Below, in pieces: positions 20,271 to 29,411 of a DNA stretch of 64,000 bases. The translations under genes and the position numbers were made by a program. Source of the DNA: Betaproteobacteria bacterium. GTDB lineage: Bacteria; Pseudomonadota; Gammaproteobacteria; Burkholderiales; Thiobacteraceae. The stretch spans positions 123 to 64,122 of the forward strand of contig JAHECG010000005.1 in the NCBI GenBank assembly GCA_024641855.1. The letters are read 5' to 3'. Position 1 is the first letter of the stretch, and each line of letters opens with the position of its first letter. The notes under the pieces are model-generated. The model searched no databases and was not told the origin of the DNA. It worked only from the letters and a program-made list of their open reading frames with translations.

Positions 20271-20464
20271 GAAGCTTCCTCGTAAATGGGGGGGTAACTC
20301 AACAGCTAACAACGGCAAACCAACGCAAATCTTTAGTCAGGTCTGCGGTTGCTGCGCTGGCTCAAGTTAAAGGCAAAGTCGCCGATACACCTTACGTAAC
20401 ATTAAATCATTTCATAAGAAGCTTTGACAAATCAGCTGCGTTTGATCAGACGGAAATAAATACC

Positions 20465-21517
20465 ATGGAACAAATTTGCCTCACTAAATATTCTCATGGC
20501 GGTGGTTGTGGATGCAAAATAGATCCTGCTGCGTTACATGAGATTTTATCTAAAGTCCCACGCTTTGCCGAAGTTCCGGATTTGTTAGTCGGAATCGAAT
20601 CGGCTGATGATGCTGCGGTTTACCGCATTAACGATCAGCAAGCGATTATTGTGACCAATGATTTTTTTATGCCGATTGTGGATGACCCCTATGCATTCGG
20701 ACGTATCGCAGCGAGTAATTCGATTAGCGATGTTTACGCGATGGGCGGGACGCCATTGATGGCCGTGTCGATCGTGGGATTTCCTGTTAATAAACTACCG
20801 CTGAATGTGATGCAGGAAATCATGCGTGGTGGGGTAGAGACCTGCCAGGATGCAGGCATACCGTTGGCGGGCGGACACTCCGTGGATAACGAGGAGCCCA
20901 TGTTTGGTTTATGCGTCATCGGCTTAATTAATCCTAAAGATATCAAAAAGAATTCCAGTGCGCAGGTAGGCGATGTCTTGATTACGACCAAGCCGTTGGG
21001 TATTGGCATCATGAGTACCGCGCTGAAAGTGAAATCATTATCACAAGTCGGTTATGAAAAAGTAGTACAGGTAATGTCGTCATTGAATAAGGCCGGCGCA
21101 TGGTTGGGCACACAATCTAGCGTGCATGCGCTTACCGATATTACTGGTTTTGGTTTGGGTGGGCATGCGTTAGAAATGGCGCGTGGCGCTAATGTGTCAA
21201 TCATTCTGGAAGTGCGTAAAGTCCCAATCATGGAAGAAGCGTGGACGTTGGCAACGGAGGGGATCGTACCGGGCAGTGCTTATCGAAATTTGGCGGCTTT
21301 CGGCGATGCTTTGCAATTTAATGGCGGGTTAAGCGCTGACCACCAATTGATTTTTACCGACCCTCAAACTTCTGGTGGTTTGTTAATGGCGGTTGCGCCG
21401 GAAGCTGCGGATGCTGTGATCGCCAAGCTTAAGGAACTCAATTGCCTAGTTGCAGAGAAAATAGGGCGCGTGGTGGCTGCCGATGGTGCCAGCACGGTCA
21501 TCGTTGAGGGTTCCTGA
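20465..21517 (+). CDS. selD: Selenide, water dikinase (selenophosphate synthetase), Cys form
   Basis: LTKYSHGGGCGCKIDPAALHEIL is the Gly-rich loop with catalytic Cys. PurM-like domains follow. Confidence 0.93.
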   Translation: MEQICLTKYSHGGGCGCKIDPAALHEILSKVPRFAEVPDLLVGIESADDAAVYRINDQQAIIVTNDFFMPIVDDPYAFGRIAASNSISDVYAMGGTPLMAVSIVGFPVNKLPLNVMQEIMRGGVETCQDAGIPLAGGHSVDNEEPMFGLCVIGLINPKDIKKNSSAQVGDVLITTKPLGIGIMSTALKVKSLSQVGYEKVVQVMSSLNKAGAWLGTQSSVHALTDITGFGLGGHALEMARGANVSIILEVRKVPIMEEAWTLATEGIVPGSAYRNLAAFGDALQFNGGLSADHQLIFTDPQTSGGLLMAVAPEAADAVIAKLKELNCLVAEKIGRVVAADGASTVIVEGS

Positions 21518-21525
21518 ACAACGCG

Positions 21526-22311
21526 GTGGAAACTTATCTGTACGGCACACTGTTTATATTAGGCCTGTTGGGTGGCTTGCTGTCGGGGTTAGTGGGTATC
21601 GGCGGTGGTATCGTGATGTTCCCGCTTTTGTTGTATGTCCCAGAGGCTCTTGGCTTAATTGCGCTTTCTGTTAAGGCGGCGGCTTCCATGACTGCGGTGC
21701 AAAGCTTTTTTGGCGCAGTTTCCGGTGTCGTGGCGCATCATCGCCATCGCCGTGTGTATTTTCCGTTAGCCATCGATTTTGGCGGGGCGATGGCAGTGAC
21801 ATCACTTATCGGTTCGATTCTATCCAGCACGATTCCAGAAAAATGGATTTTATTTTTATTCGCGTTGTTGGCCGTAATCGCGGCGTTATTGATGCTGTTG
21901 CAGCGTCCTGAAGTTTCCGCGTCTTTGCCAGAAGGCGAGACGTACCAATACAGTCGAATGCGTGCCTGGATTTTAGGGGCTGTAATTGGCTGTTGTGCGG
22001 GCTTAATCGGGCAGGGCGGTGGCTTTTTATTTGTCCCCGTGATGATGGCATTTTTGGGTGCTCCGTTACGCCTAGCGATTGGTACCGCGTTGGCCGTGGG
22101 CGTGGCCTCATCTGCGGCGGTCGTGCTCGGGCGTATTGGAACAGCGCAAATCCCTTGGTTATTGACTGCGGTCACGGTCGCTGGCGGCATAATAGGCGCG
22201 CAAGTTGGATCTGAGTTTTCACAGCGCATACCGCGTCGCATTCTGCGTGCGATTCTCGCAGGCGTTATTCTACTGACTGCGATTAAGATGATTTCGGGTT
22301 TAGTCGCTTAA
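21526..22311 (+). CDS. TauE/SafE-family (DUF81) anion permease
   Basis: 261 aa polytopic protein with Gly-rich TM helices (GLVGIGGGIVMFPLL, GQGGGFLFVP). It has a non-ATG start 8 nt after selD, so the start is uncertain. Confidence 0.75.
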   Translation: METYLYGTLFILGLLGGLLSGLVGIGGGIVMFPLLLYVPEALGLIALSVKAAASMTAVQSFFGAVSGVVAHHRHRRVYFPLAIDFGGAMAVTSLIGSILSSTIPEKWILFLFALLAVIAALLMLLQRPEVSASLPEGETYQYSRMRAWILGAVIGCCAGLIGQGGGFLFVPVMMAFLGAPLRLAIGTALAVGVASSAAVVLGRIGTAQIPWLLTAVTVAGGIIGAQVGSEFSQRIPRRILRAILAGVILLTAIKMISGLVA

Positions 22312-22314
22312 GTG

Positions 22315-22617
22315 CTATTTGATGTGGGGGGATTGCGTGGGCTGCGTGATCGTTGGCCACGGATCGCCTTGTATGGTTCTTGGATTCGGATCGAGGTCAA
22401 GCGTGTTGGTCGATATCGGCAAAAAGCTTGATTGGCGTTGTGGACGAATTTTGGCAAGCACGAATAGCGCGCCAATGAAGGGAACTAACCAAATCAAGGC
22501 AAGTGAAAGTACAGAATAACGCTTTAGGGTATGAATTGCGCGTAGGGACGCGAGGCCATTCAATACAAATAAAAGAAATCCAAGCGTAACTAGAATAGCG
22601 ACTTCCAGTGTCGACAT
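22315..22617 (-). CDS. Small membrane protein (2 TM), hypothetical
   Basis: 100 aa with two hydrophobic helices. It begins 9 nt after the GGDEF gene stop. Confidence 0.45.
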   Translation of the reverse strand: MSTLEVAILVTLGFLLFVLNGLASLRAIHTLKRYSVLSLALIWLVPFIGALFVLAKIRPQRQSSFLPISTNTLDLDPNPRTIQGDPWPTITQPTQSPHIK

Positions 22618-22626
22618 GATTCACCT

Positions 22627-24432
22627 CTATAGTTTTGATTCCGCCATCAAGACACGATTTCTTCCTGCTTGTTTGGCGCGATACAACGCACTATCCGCAC
22701 GGGCAATCATGGCTTCGGCGGTTTCTTCGTTTTCACGTTGGGCTACGCCCGCACTAAAGGTAATCAACAACTTTTCATTCTCGTGCAGGAAATAGCGTTT
22801 CGTCAGATCACGCTGCAAACGGGTCATGATACTTACGCCGTCTGAGACTAGGGTGTCGGGCAGTATGATGACGAATTCTTCGCCACCATAGCGTGCGACT
22901 GCATCCATCGGGCGCAAAATTTCTTTAACGACACTGGCCAGGTGGATCAATGCTTGGTCACCCACATCATGTCCAAAGGTGTCATTGATCTTTTTAAAGT
23001 GATCGATGTCGAGCATGGCGATCGAGACGGGTGTTTGGCCCCGTTTGGCGCGTGCGAATTCGCGTGTGAAGGTTTCTTCCAAACCGCGTCGATTGAGAGT
23101 GCCGGTTAGGTGATCTTGATAAATCAATTCACTGACTTGTCCGAGTTCAAGTTCCAGTTCATGCATTTTTTGTTCAGCCGCTTCTGCTTGGCGGCGCGCA
23201 TTGATCAAATCTTCATGCGAACGCACCATATCCAGATGCATGCTTTTGGTGTCCGCGATGAGATCCTGCAGGACAGTGTTAATAGTGGGTAAGTCTTCAG
23301 TTTGACTGATTTTATCGACATACTTTTCGATTTTGACGTGATATTCGCCAGTGCTTTCGGACATTTCACCCATGCGTGAAATAAACATGGTGACTAAATT
23401 CTTGAGCGATGCTTTCGCTTCATTCAGGCTGTGCTTGAGTGTACCTTGTTTGAAAACCACTTCTTTAATGCGCTGCTCGGCTTCCGTGATGACGGTGGGC
23501 GTCAATGGGCTACCAATGATTTCCTGCACAATATTGAGTTGACCGCGTAGCCATTGGTCATCTAGCAATAGTTCGGTGATATTGTCGATGAGCAATCTTA
23601 GCAGTCGCATCAAGCCATCAAGTACCGCTTGATCGGCATCGGCACGTAATTCCAATTCGATCCAAAATTGACGGATGTCTTTCGCGAATTGGTTGAGGAG
23701 ATCAAGATCATTTGCATCGCGAGCTTGGCTGGCGAGATCATTGGCTCGGCTGGCCAATTCGGGGAAATGCGCAATACGTGGCATGACGCCATTTAGCAGC
23801 GCTTTAGACAATAGGTCGGACAACATATTGGGTATTTCTTCTGCGCTGACCAAGGGCCCAAGCGGGGCGCCAACGCGATCTTCGGCCTGCGGTTTCGTGC
23901 TTGGATCTTCGAGTGAACTACCTTCGACTTCGATATCGGAAGGACCGCTGAGGCCATCGTTCCAGGCTTTTACTAAGCCACGCAGTTTACTAAATAGTTC
24001 TTCTGGGTTTTTCCCAAAATTAATCAGCACGCGTTCCAGAGCTTCCTTTTTGCGCGGGGATGTGAGGCCCGTTTGTTTGAGATCCCATTGCTTAATGAGG
24101 TCGCGCACCAGATCAGCCCAGCCCGTTTGCTCGGTGCGCTTTTGCGCTATTAACGCCTCAAAATGAAGCGTAAATGCTTTCCAATCGCGTTGTTCCAGCG
24201 TTTGAATAATGCTCTTAAATGCCGTATTGCTCTGTGGGTGCGTTCGTCCCAGGTTTTGCAACGCAGCGATTAACTCTTTATCAGCAGCGCTATTCGCTTC
24301 CTCTGCTATCCCTGCCACTTCATGGTAGATGCGTTGATAATTTTCTGGCGTTGGTGCAATGCGGCGTGTCCCAAGCTGCTTGAAGGTTTCACGTGCGATT
24401 TCGGTCGGATTGGTTAATTTGGACATAGTCAA
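22627..24432 (-). CDS. Diguanylate cyclase (GGDEF) with about 420-aa helical N-terminal region of unknown function
   Basis: The C-terminal domain has ...LDIDHFKKINDTFGHDVGD... and the RYGGEEF active site. An RxxD I-site (RPMD) lies 5 residues upstream. Confidence 0.9.
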   Translation of the reverse strand: MTMSKLTNPTEIARETFKQLGTRRIAPTPENYQRIYHEVAGIAEEANSAADKELIAALQNLGRTHPQSNTAFKSIIQTLEQRDWKAFTLHFEALIAQKRTEQTGWADLVRDLIKQWDLKQTGLTSPRKKEALERVLINFGKNPEELFSKLRGLVKAWNDGLSGPSDIEVEGSSLEDPSTKPQAEDRVGAPLGPLVSAEEIPNMLSDLLSKALLNGVMPRIAHFPELASRANDLASQARDANDLDLLNQFAKDIRQFWIELELRADADQAVLDGLMRLLRLLIDNITELLLDDQWLRGQLNIVQEIIGSPLTPTVITEAEQRIKEVVFKQGTLKHSLNEAKASLKNLVTMFISRMGEMSESTGEYHVKIEKYVDKISQTEDLPTINTVLQDLIADTKSMHLDMVRSHEDLINARRQAEAAEQKMHELELELGQVSELIYQDHLTGTLNRRGLEETFTREFARAKRGQTPVSIAMLDIDHFKKINDTFGHDVGDQALIHLASVVKEILRPMDAVARYGGEEFVIILPDTLVSDGVSIMTRLQRDLTKRYFLHENEKLLITFSAGVAQRENEETAEAMIARADSALYRAKQAGRNRVLMAESKL

Positions 24433-24480
24433 TAAATCTGCCTAATCAGGCGTTGATGTACCCATTAGACGTTTTTGGAC

Positions 24481-25614
24481 TTAGGAAAAGGTGGCATCCA
24501 TACCCGCTGCAGCGGCACTGATTCCTTGTGCGGCGCGGGTGATTTGTTCGAGCTCTGCGGTAGAGTCTTTGGCCAGTTGCGCGATGTTTTCGGTATGTTG
24601 CGCAATGCTTTGACTGGATTCTTTTTGGGCATGTGCGGTGTGCATAATCGTGGCGATTAAATCACGCTCGCCAACGACAGCGCCACGGGAACAAGCTAAG
24701 GCTTCTGCAACTTCCTCCAAGGACTCCATGCTGGAGGTGAGATGAACGCGCCCGGCGGTAATGGTTGAGTCCAATTTGCTGGATTGTTGGCCCACAAGTT
24801 TAGTCACATCATCGATTTCTCGTGCCGCTTGTGCGGATTTTTCTGCCAGTTTGCGCACTTCGTCTGCAACCACAGCAAAGCCACGCCCTTGCTCGCCGGC
24901 GCGCGCGGCTTCAATCGCGGCGTTAAGCGCAAGCAAATTGGTTTGATCTGCAATATCCTTGACTTGGCTCGTCATGGCGGTAATGGTTTGCATGCTGGTC
25001 ATAAATTCAGTCACGGATTGCGCAATGATGCCCACCGCAGAATCGACTTCATCGATCCCCCCCATTAAGCGCGATACGCTTTCGTTGCCATTTTGCGTAT
25101 TGAGCATGCATTCATCGGCCTGGTTGACCGCATGTGTTGCGCTTTCATCAATATTACCTAATGCCACGCTTAAGGTTTCTAGTTCGAGTTGGGCTTCGGT
25201 TGCGAGTTGAGCTTGATGTTGAGAAGAGGCATTGAATCGTTGCAAGGATTGAGTGATGCGTTCAATGTCTTGATTAACGGCGCCAACACGTTGCTGTAAA
25301 TCGTTGTTTTGCTGCTGTGCTTGATCGAGTATTTGATTCATGCTGTTGATCAGCATTTGCCAGTCGGCGTTATTTCCACTACTGGGCAGACGCTGATGTC
25401 GGGCGCCATGACTGATGGCTTGCGCGCTCGCTAATAAGGATGCGCTAGGCGCGCTGCCCTGTGCGAGCCAGAAACTTACGCCCGTGGCTAACAAAGCGCT
25501 AACAATCAAAGCAGAAATCATTGCGGCTGAGGCGGTGCCGCTCACGAAGATAGTGATCCCAATGGGAAGCAGGGTTATGACGGCGCTGGCAATAATCTTA
25601 GTTTTAATGTTCAT
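24481..25614 (-). CDS. Methyl-accepting chemotaxis protein, minimal-periplasm type
   Basis: Two adjacent N-terminal TM helices and the highly conserved signalling hairpin [38 protein letters not shown]. Confidence 0.9.
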   Translation of the reverse strand: MNIKTKIIASAVITLLPIGITIFVSGTASAAMISALIVSALLATGVSFWLAQGSAPSASLLASAQAISHGARHQRLPSSGNNADWQMLINSMNQILDQAQQQNNDLQQRVGAVNQDIERITQSLQRFNASSQHQAQLATEAQLELETLSVALGNIDESATHAVNQADECMLNTQNGNESVSRLMGGIDEVDSAVGIIAQSVTEFMTSMQTITAMTSQVKDIADQTNLLALNAAIEAARAGEQGRGFAVVADEVRKLAEKSAQAAREIDDVTKLVGQQSSKLDSTITAGRVHLTSSMESLEEVAEALACSRGAVVGERDLIATIMHTAHAQKESSQSIAQHTENIAQLAKDSTAELEQITRAAQGISAAAAGMDATFS

Positions 25615-25708
25615 GTTAGGCCTTTAATGGACTGATTATTAAGGGCATGCCGGGTAATGAAATCCCATTAAGCGTATGCCGAGAAGCATCGAAATGCTGT
25701 TAATATAC

Positions 25709-25735
25709 GTTACGGCATTGGCTACTATAACTTTA
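25709..25735 (-). promoter_or_regulatory. Sigma28 (FliA)-type promoter upstream of the MCP gene
   Basis: The minus-strand sense reads TAAAGTTA-N11-GCCGTAAC, versus the consensus TAAAGTTT-N11-GCCGATAA. It lies about 95 nt upstream of the MCP ATG. Confidence 0.55.
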
Positions 25736-25767
25736 GCCAGTCTTAACTTTATGGAGATGCTGTTTTA

Positions 25768-26460
25768 ATGAGATCCCTATGGCGCTTCGCGCTGCTTATG
25801 AGCGTCGGTATATCGATATTACCGATGGCGCAAGCTGCGCAGCAAAATATGATTGAAATTCGGCATACAGCCGAAGCTTTTGCCAAGCAACAGACGGCAC
25901 ATTTGTCTGGGCAAGTCAGCGTGAACGTTGGGGCGATCGAGCAGATGCAGCTTGCCGCATGTCTCAAGTTGCAGGCCTTCTTGCCATTGGGGGCGAAACT
26001 CTGGGGAAATAGCAATATTGGCGTGCGCTGCGTGCAAGGCGGGGATTGGACGGTCTATGTTCCGGTGACGGTCAGGGTGCAAGCGCCAGTGTTGGTTGCC
26101 ACACGTCCCTTGGCCAGCGGAACTCAGCTTGCAGCAGGAGATTTAACGCTGCAAATGGCGGAATTGACTCAGTTGCCAGCCAGCGTGATCACCGCGTCGG
26201 AGGATGCTGTGGGCAAGGTGCTGACATCCGGCATTGTTGCCGGTCATCCGCTACGACAAGAGATGTTGCGTGCGCCGATTTTGGTGCGCCAGGGTCAAAG
26301 TGTTCGTTTGGTTGCACAGGGCCAAGGTTTCAAAGTCAGTTCCGAAGGGAAGGCTTTAAGCAGTGGGGCGGTTGGTCAGCAGGTACAGGTTAAAACCCAA
26401 AATGGGCAAACCGTGAGTGGAATTGTCAACGCCGACGGTACGATTGAAGTACGATTTTGA
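25768..26460 (+). CDS. flgA: Flagellar basal-body P-ring formation chaperone FlgA
   Basis: 230 aa with a signal peptide and a SAF/FlgA C-terminal domain (GQSVRLVAQGQGFKVSSEGKALSSGAVGQQVQVK). Confidence 0.88.
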   Translation: MRSLWRFALLMSVGISILPMAQAAQQNMIEIRHTAEAFAKQQTAHLSGQVSVNVGAIEQMQLAACLKLQAFLPLGAKLWGNSNIGVRCVQGGDWTVYVPVTVRVQAPVLVATRPLASGTQLAAGDLTLQMAELTQLPASVITASEDAVGKVLTSGIVAGHPLRQEMLRAPILVRQGQSVRLVAQGQGFKVSSEGKALSSGAVGQQVQVKTQNGQTVSGIVNADGTIEVRF

Positions 26461-26766
26461 CGCTATTTTGTGCGATATTGGGCGGCGCTAAGTGGGGAGT
26501 GTGGTACAGAGTTTGGACGAGGTTTTAGGCGCGGTACTTTTGCAATATCGTCACAATATTGTCATGCCAATTTCCTATGGTGAGATAGGCGTGAAAGTTT
26601 TTGTCAGTGACCACTGGCGGGGTGCCAAACTTAGACTTTAGCGGGGTTTGTTGTTAAACTAAACCGTTGTTAGCTCCCGGTGAACACTCCTGGGCGTGGC
26701 CTGAAAGCCTTGACTAGCGCGGGATTCAAACTAGCTTCGGATTACCGGAGCGTCATCATAAACAGC

Positions 26767-26794
26767 TAAAGATTTCGGGTGTATCAGCCGAAAT
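26767..26794 (+). promoter_or_regulatory. Sigma28 (FliA)-type promoter upstream of flgM
   Basis: TAAAGATT-N12-GCCGAAAT lies about 50 nt upstream of the flgM start. Confidence 0.5.
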
Positions 26795-26843
26795 TAAATT
26801 GGGCACAGAGTGTTTCCGTGCTTGGTAAATCGAGGATATTGCC

Positions 26844-27155
26844 TTGAAGATTAATAACAGCAGCAAACCGTCAACACCGGCGAAAGTCGGTCAAGCTACA
26901 GCGAAGCCAAGTGGCGGTGCCTCAAAGTCGCCGCGGGCTAAATCGTCGTCGGATGATAAGGTCGAAATTGGCTCCCTGTCGTCGCAATTGCAGGCGTTGG
27001 AAAGCAGTTTGGACAATGTTCAGGTGGTCGATACTGCACGTGTTGAAGCCATTAAACAGGCCATTAGCGAAGGACGCTTTCGGGTTAATCCGGATGTGAT
27101 CGCTGATCGTTTGCTGACGACGGTTAAAGAGTTGGTACTCAATCACAAAGGTTAA
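26844..27155 (+). CDS. flgM: Anti-sigma-28 factor FlgM
   Basis: 103 aa. TTG start with a GAGGA Shine-Dalgarno. The C-terminus VDTARVEAIKQAISEGRFRVNPDVIADRLL is typical of FlgM. Confidence 0.88.
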   Translation: MKINNSSKPSTPAKVGQATAKPSGGASKSPRAKSSSDDKVEIGSLSSQLQALESSLDNVQVVDTARVEAIKQAISEGRFRVNPDVIADRLLTTVKELVLNHKG

Positions 27156-27158
27156 GCT

Positions 27159-27671
27159 TTGTTCCAGGAACTGGATTCCGCAAGATTCAACGCTTTTCTC
27201 GCTAGCCTTAAACGCGAGTTTGAAGCTTTCCGTCAATTCCACCAAATTTTGAGTGCAGAGCATGCCGCGCTGGTGCGCGGTGATGCCGATGAACTACTTG
27301 TCCTAGCGCAACGCAAAAATGAACGTGTGTTGGAGTTGACGCACCTCGCGGAGGCACGCGACCGTTATCGAGCCGAATTGGCCGGCAACACCAATCAACT
27401 TGGGATTACCGCTTGGTTGGAAGCTTACGATCCAACTGATCAACATCATGCCGGTAAGTTGTGGCGTGATTTAATCGAACTAGCGCGCACAGCAAAAGAA
27501 TTGAACCAAAGTAACGGTCAGTTAATTCATACGCGTCTTGCGCATAATCAGCAGGCCTTAACTGTGCTTCTGGGGGCGAATGCCGGTACGAGTAATCTCT
27601 ATGGGGCGGATGGCCAAGCCTATATGTCGAAGCCGACAAGTAGCGGTGGAAAACCACTGGGTAAAGCATAG
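27159..27671 (+). CDS. flgN: Flagellar export chaperone FlgN family
   Basis: 170 aa, helical. The position after flgM and the motif SAEHAALVRGDADELLVLAQRKNERV resemble FlgN. The TTG start is uncertain. Confidence 0.7.
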   Translation: MFQELDSARFNAFLASLKREFEAFRQFHQILSAEHAALVRGDADELLVLAQRKNERVLELTHLAEARDRYRAELAGNTNQLGITAWLEAYDPTDQHHAGKLWRDLIELARTAKELNQSNGQLIHTRLAHNQQALTVLLGANAGTSNLYGADGQAYMSKPTSSGGKPLGKA

Positions 27672-27777
27672 ACCATCAGGTCGAGCGCGTCTTTCTCTAG
27701 ACGCGTAGTCATTCTCGTTTATTTTTCAATGTTAATGTTATGAAGCTGGCTGTGGGTTGCCTTGTCAGGCGATAGCG

Positions 27778-28599
27778 TTACGGGACTTGCGGTGGTGGAG
27801 GGGGCTGCGGCGGCGGTTCTTGTGGTGTTCCCTTGATGGGAATTTCGGTGGTTTTGTTGGGCGCCTCTGAAATAATCAGCATGGTGACACGGCGGTTTCG
27901 AGCACGTGATTCATTATCGGTGTTGGGGACGACCGGGCGGTTGTCTGCATAGCCAATCGCGACCATGCGTTGCGGATCCACGTTGTTTGCACTAAATAGT
28001 CGCACTACGCTACTAGCGCGCGCTGAGGATAATTCCCAATTGGATGGATAAAAGGCCGTACTAATCGGTGCGTCGTCAGTGTGACCTTCAATTTGAATCT
28101 GATTGGGTGCCTGTGCCAATAATTTAGCGACTGCTGCGAGGGCTTTAGCCGATTCCGGTTGCAAGGTTGCTTGTCCCGGAGCGAAGAGAACCGCAGCATT
28201 AATTTCCACCGTGATACCACGAAGACTCTGCGTGATTTTGACTTGGTTGTCGTTGATTAATGGTGTCAGAACCTTGAGCAGGTCTTGCGCAATCTGCCGC
28301 ATGTCTTCGGTGCGCTCTTTGACTTTAGGGTCGAGCAGTGCCGGTTTTTTTGGCGCAACCGATTTGATGGGGCGAGGTAGGGCTTGCGGTTGATTCAAAT
28401 GCAGTTGCTGATCGGCGTCAGGGCTTTTAAACGCACTGCCCAAGGAATCGGATAACACACGGTACTTGCCTTCATTGACTGAAGAGATGGAATACATCAC
28501 CACAAAAAATGCGAACAGCAAGGTAATAAAGTCTGCGTAGGAAATCAACCAACGTTCGTGGTTCTCATGTTCTTCCGGTGGTTTTCTGCGGCGGCGCAT
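27778..28599 (-). CDS. motB: Flagellar stator protein MotB/MotD (OmpA-like C-terminal domain) with Pro-rich tail
   Basis: HERWLISYADFITLLFAFFVVMY carries the TM helix with the conserved Asp. An OmpA_C domain follows (IEGHTDDAPI...SNWELSSARA). Confidence 0.88.
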   Translation of the reverse strand: MRRRRKPPEEHENHERWLISYADFITLLFAFFVVMYSISSVNEGKYRVLSDSLGSAFKSPDADQQLHLNQPQALPRPIKSVAPKKPALLDPKVKERTEDMRQIAQDLLKVLTPLINDNQVKITQSLRGITVEINAAVLFAPGQATLQPESAKALAAVAKLLAQAPNQIQIEGHTDDAPISTAFYPSNWELSSARASSVVRLFSANNVDPQRMVAIGYADNRPVVPNTDNESRARNRRVTMLIISEAPNKTTEIPIKGTPQEPPPQPPPPPQVP

Positions 28600-28624
28600 G
28601 CGACTTTGATTTCCGAAGCCGGCG

Positions 28625-29374
28625 TTAAACTAGGTAACCCTGCAATCGACGTTCGATCAGGCGGGGGTTTTCACCATTCGCGACCGCGATTAAACCTTCG
28701 ATCAACATTTCACGCATGACGACTTCACGGCCGATAATATTTTTAAGCTTATTCGCGATCGGTAGAAAAAACATATTGGCGAAGCCGACGCCATAGACGG
28801 TTGCGACAAACGCCACGGCGATACCTGCGCCCAATTTACTAGGGTCGGAGAGGTTTTCCATGACATGGATCAGCCCCAGCACTGCTCCTAAAATACCGAT
28901 AGTGGGTGCGTAACCACCGGCAGATTCCCAAACTTTGGCGGCGAGACGTTGCTGCGCTTCATAGGCGTCGACCTCGACCTGCAGCGTTTCGCGCAGTGTT
29001 TCCGGTTCGGCGCCATCAATCAGCATTTGTAGACCGCGTTTGGCAAATGGGTCATCCAGATCTTCGATTGCCGGTTCAAGGGCGAGCAAACCACCGCGGC
29101 GTGCGGTATTACTCCATTCGGCAACTTGCCGAATGAGATAAGAAGGATCTTGCGGGGGAGGTACAAAAGCCCATTTCGCCATGCGCATGCCCCGTAAGAA
29201 AACGGGGAGCGGATTTTGCAGCATGATAGCCCCGAGGGTGCCACCAATGACGATGATGAAAGCCGTAAGTTGAAACAGCGAGTTGGCGTGGCCGCCTTCC
29301 AGTAATTGACCGCCGATGATCGCGACGAGTGCGAGTAGGATGCCGAAAAAGCTGGTGAGGTCAAATTTGCGCAT
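28625..29374 (-). CDS. motA: Flagellar stator protein MotA/MotC (PomA-size)
   Basis: 249 aa with four TM helices and an ExbB/MotA channel motif (YAPTIGILGAVLGLI). Confidence 0.88.
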   Translation of the reverse strand: MRKFDLTSFFGILLALVAIIGGQLLEGGHANSLFQLTAFIIVIGGTLGAIMLQNPLPVFLRGMRMAKWAFVPPPQDPSYLIRQVAEWSNTARRGGLLALEPAIEDLDDPFAKRGLQMLIDGAEPETLRETLQVEVDAYEAQQRLAAKVWESAGGYAPTIGILGAVLGLIHVMENLSDPSKLGAGIAVAFVATVYGVGFANMFFLPIANKLKNIIGREVVMREMLIEGLIAVANGENPRLIERRLQGYLV

Positions 29375-29411
29375 GGCGGTTATGAATACTATACCTGCGC
29401 CTCATTGGCGA

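Noticed and set aside
20368-20388. TAAAGGCAAAGTCGCCGATAC upstream of selD resembles sigma28 promoter elements.
   Set aside because: The spacing between TAAA and GCCGATAC is 9 nt rather than 15, which is incompatible with FliA promoters.
27686-27705. A 7-bp hairpin (cgcgtct/agacgcg) between convergent flgN and motB, considered as a bidirectional terminator.
   Set aside because: The stem is short and no adjacent T-tract occurs on either strand. This is not strong enough to list as a feature.
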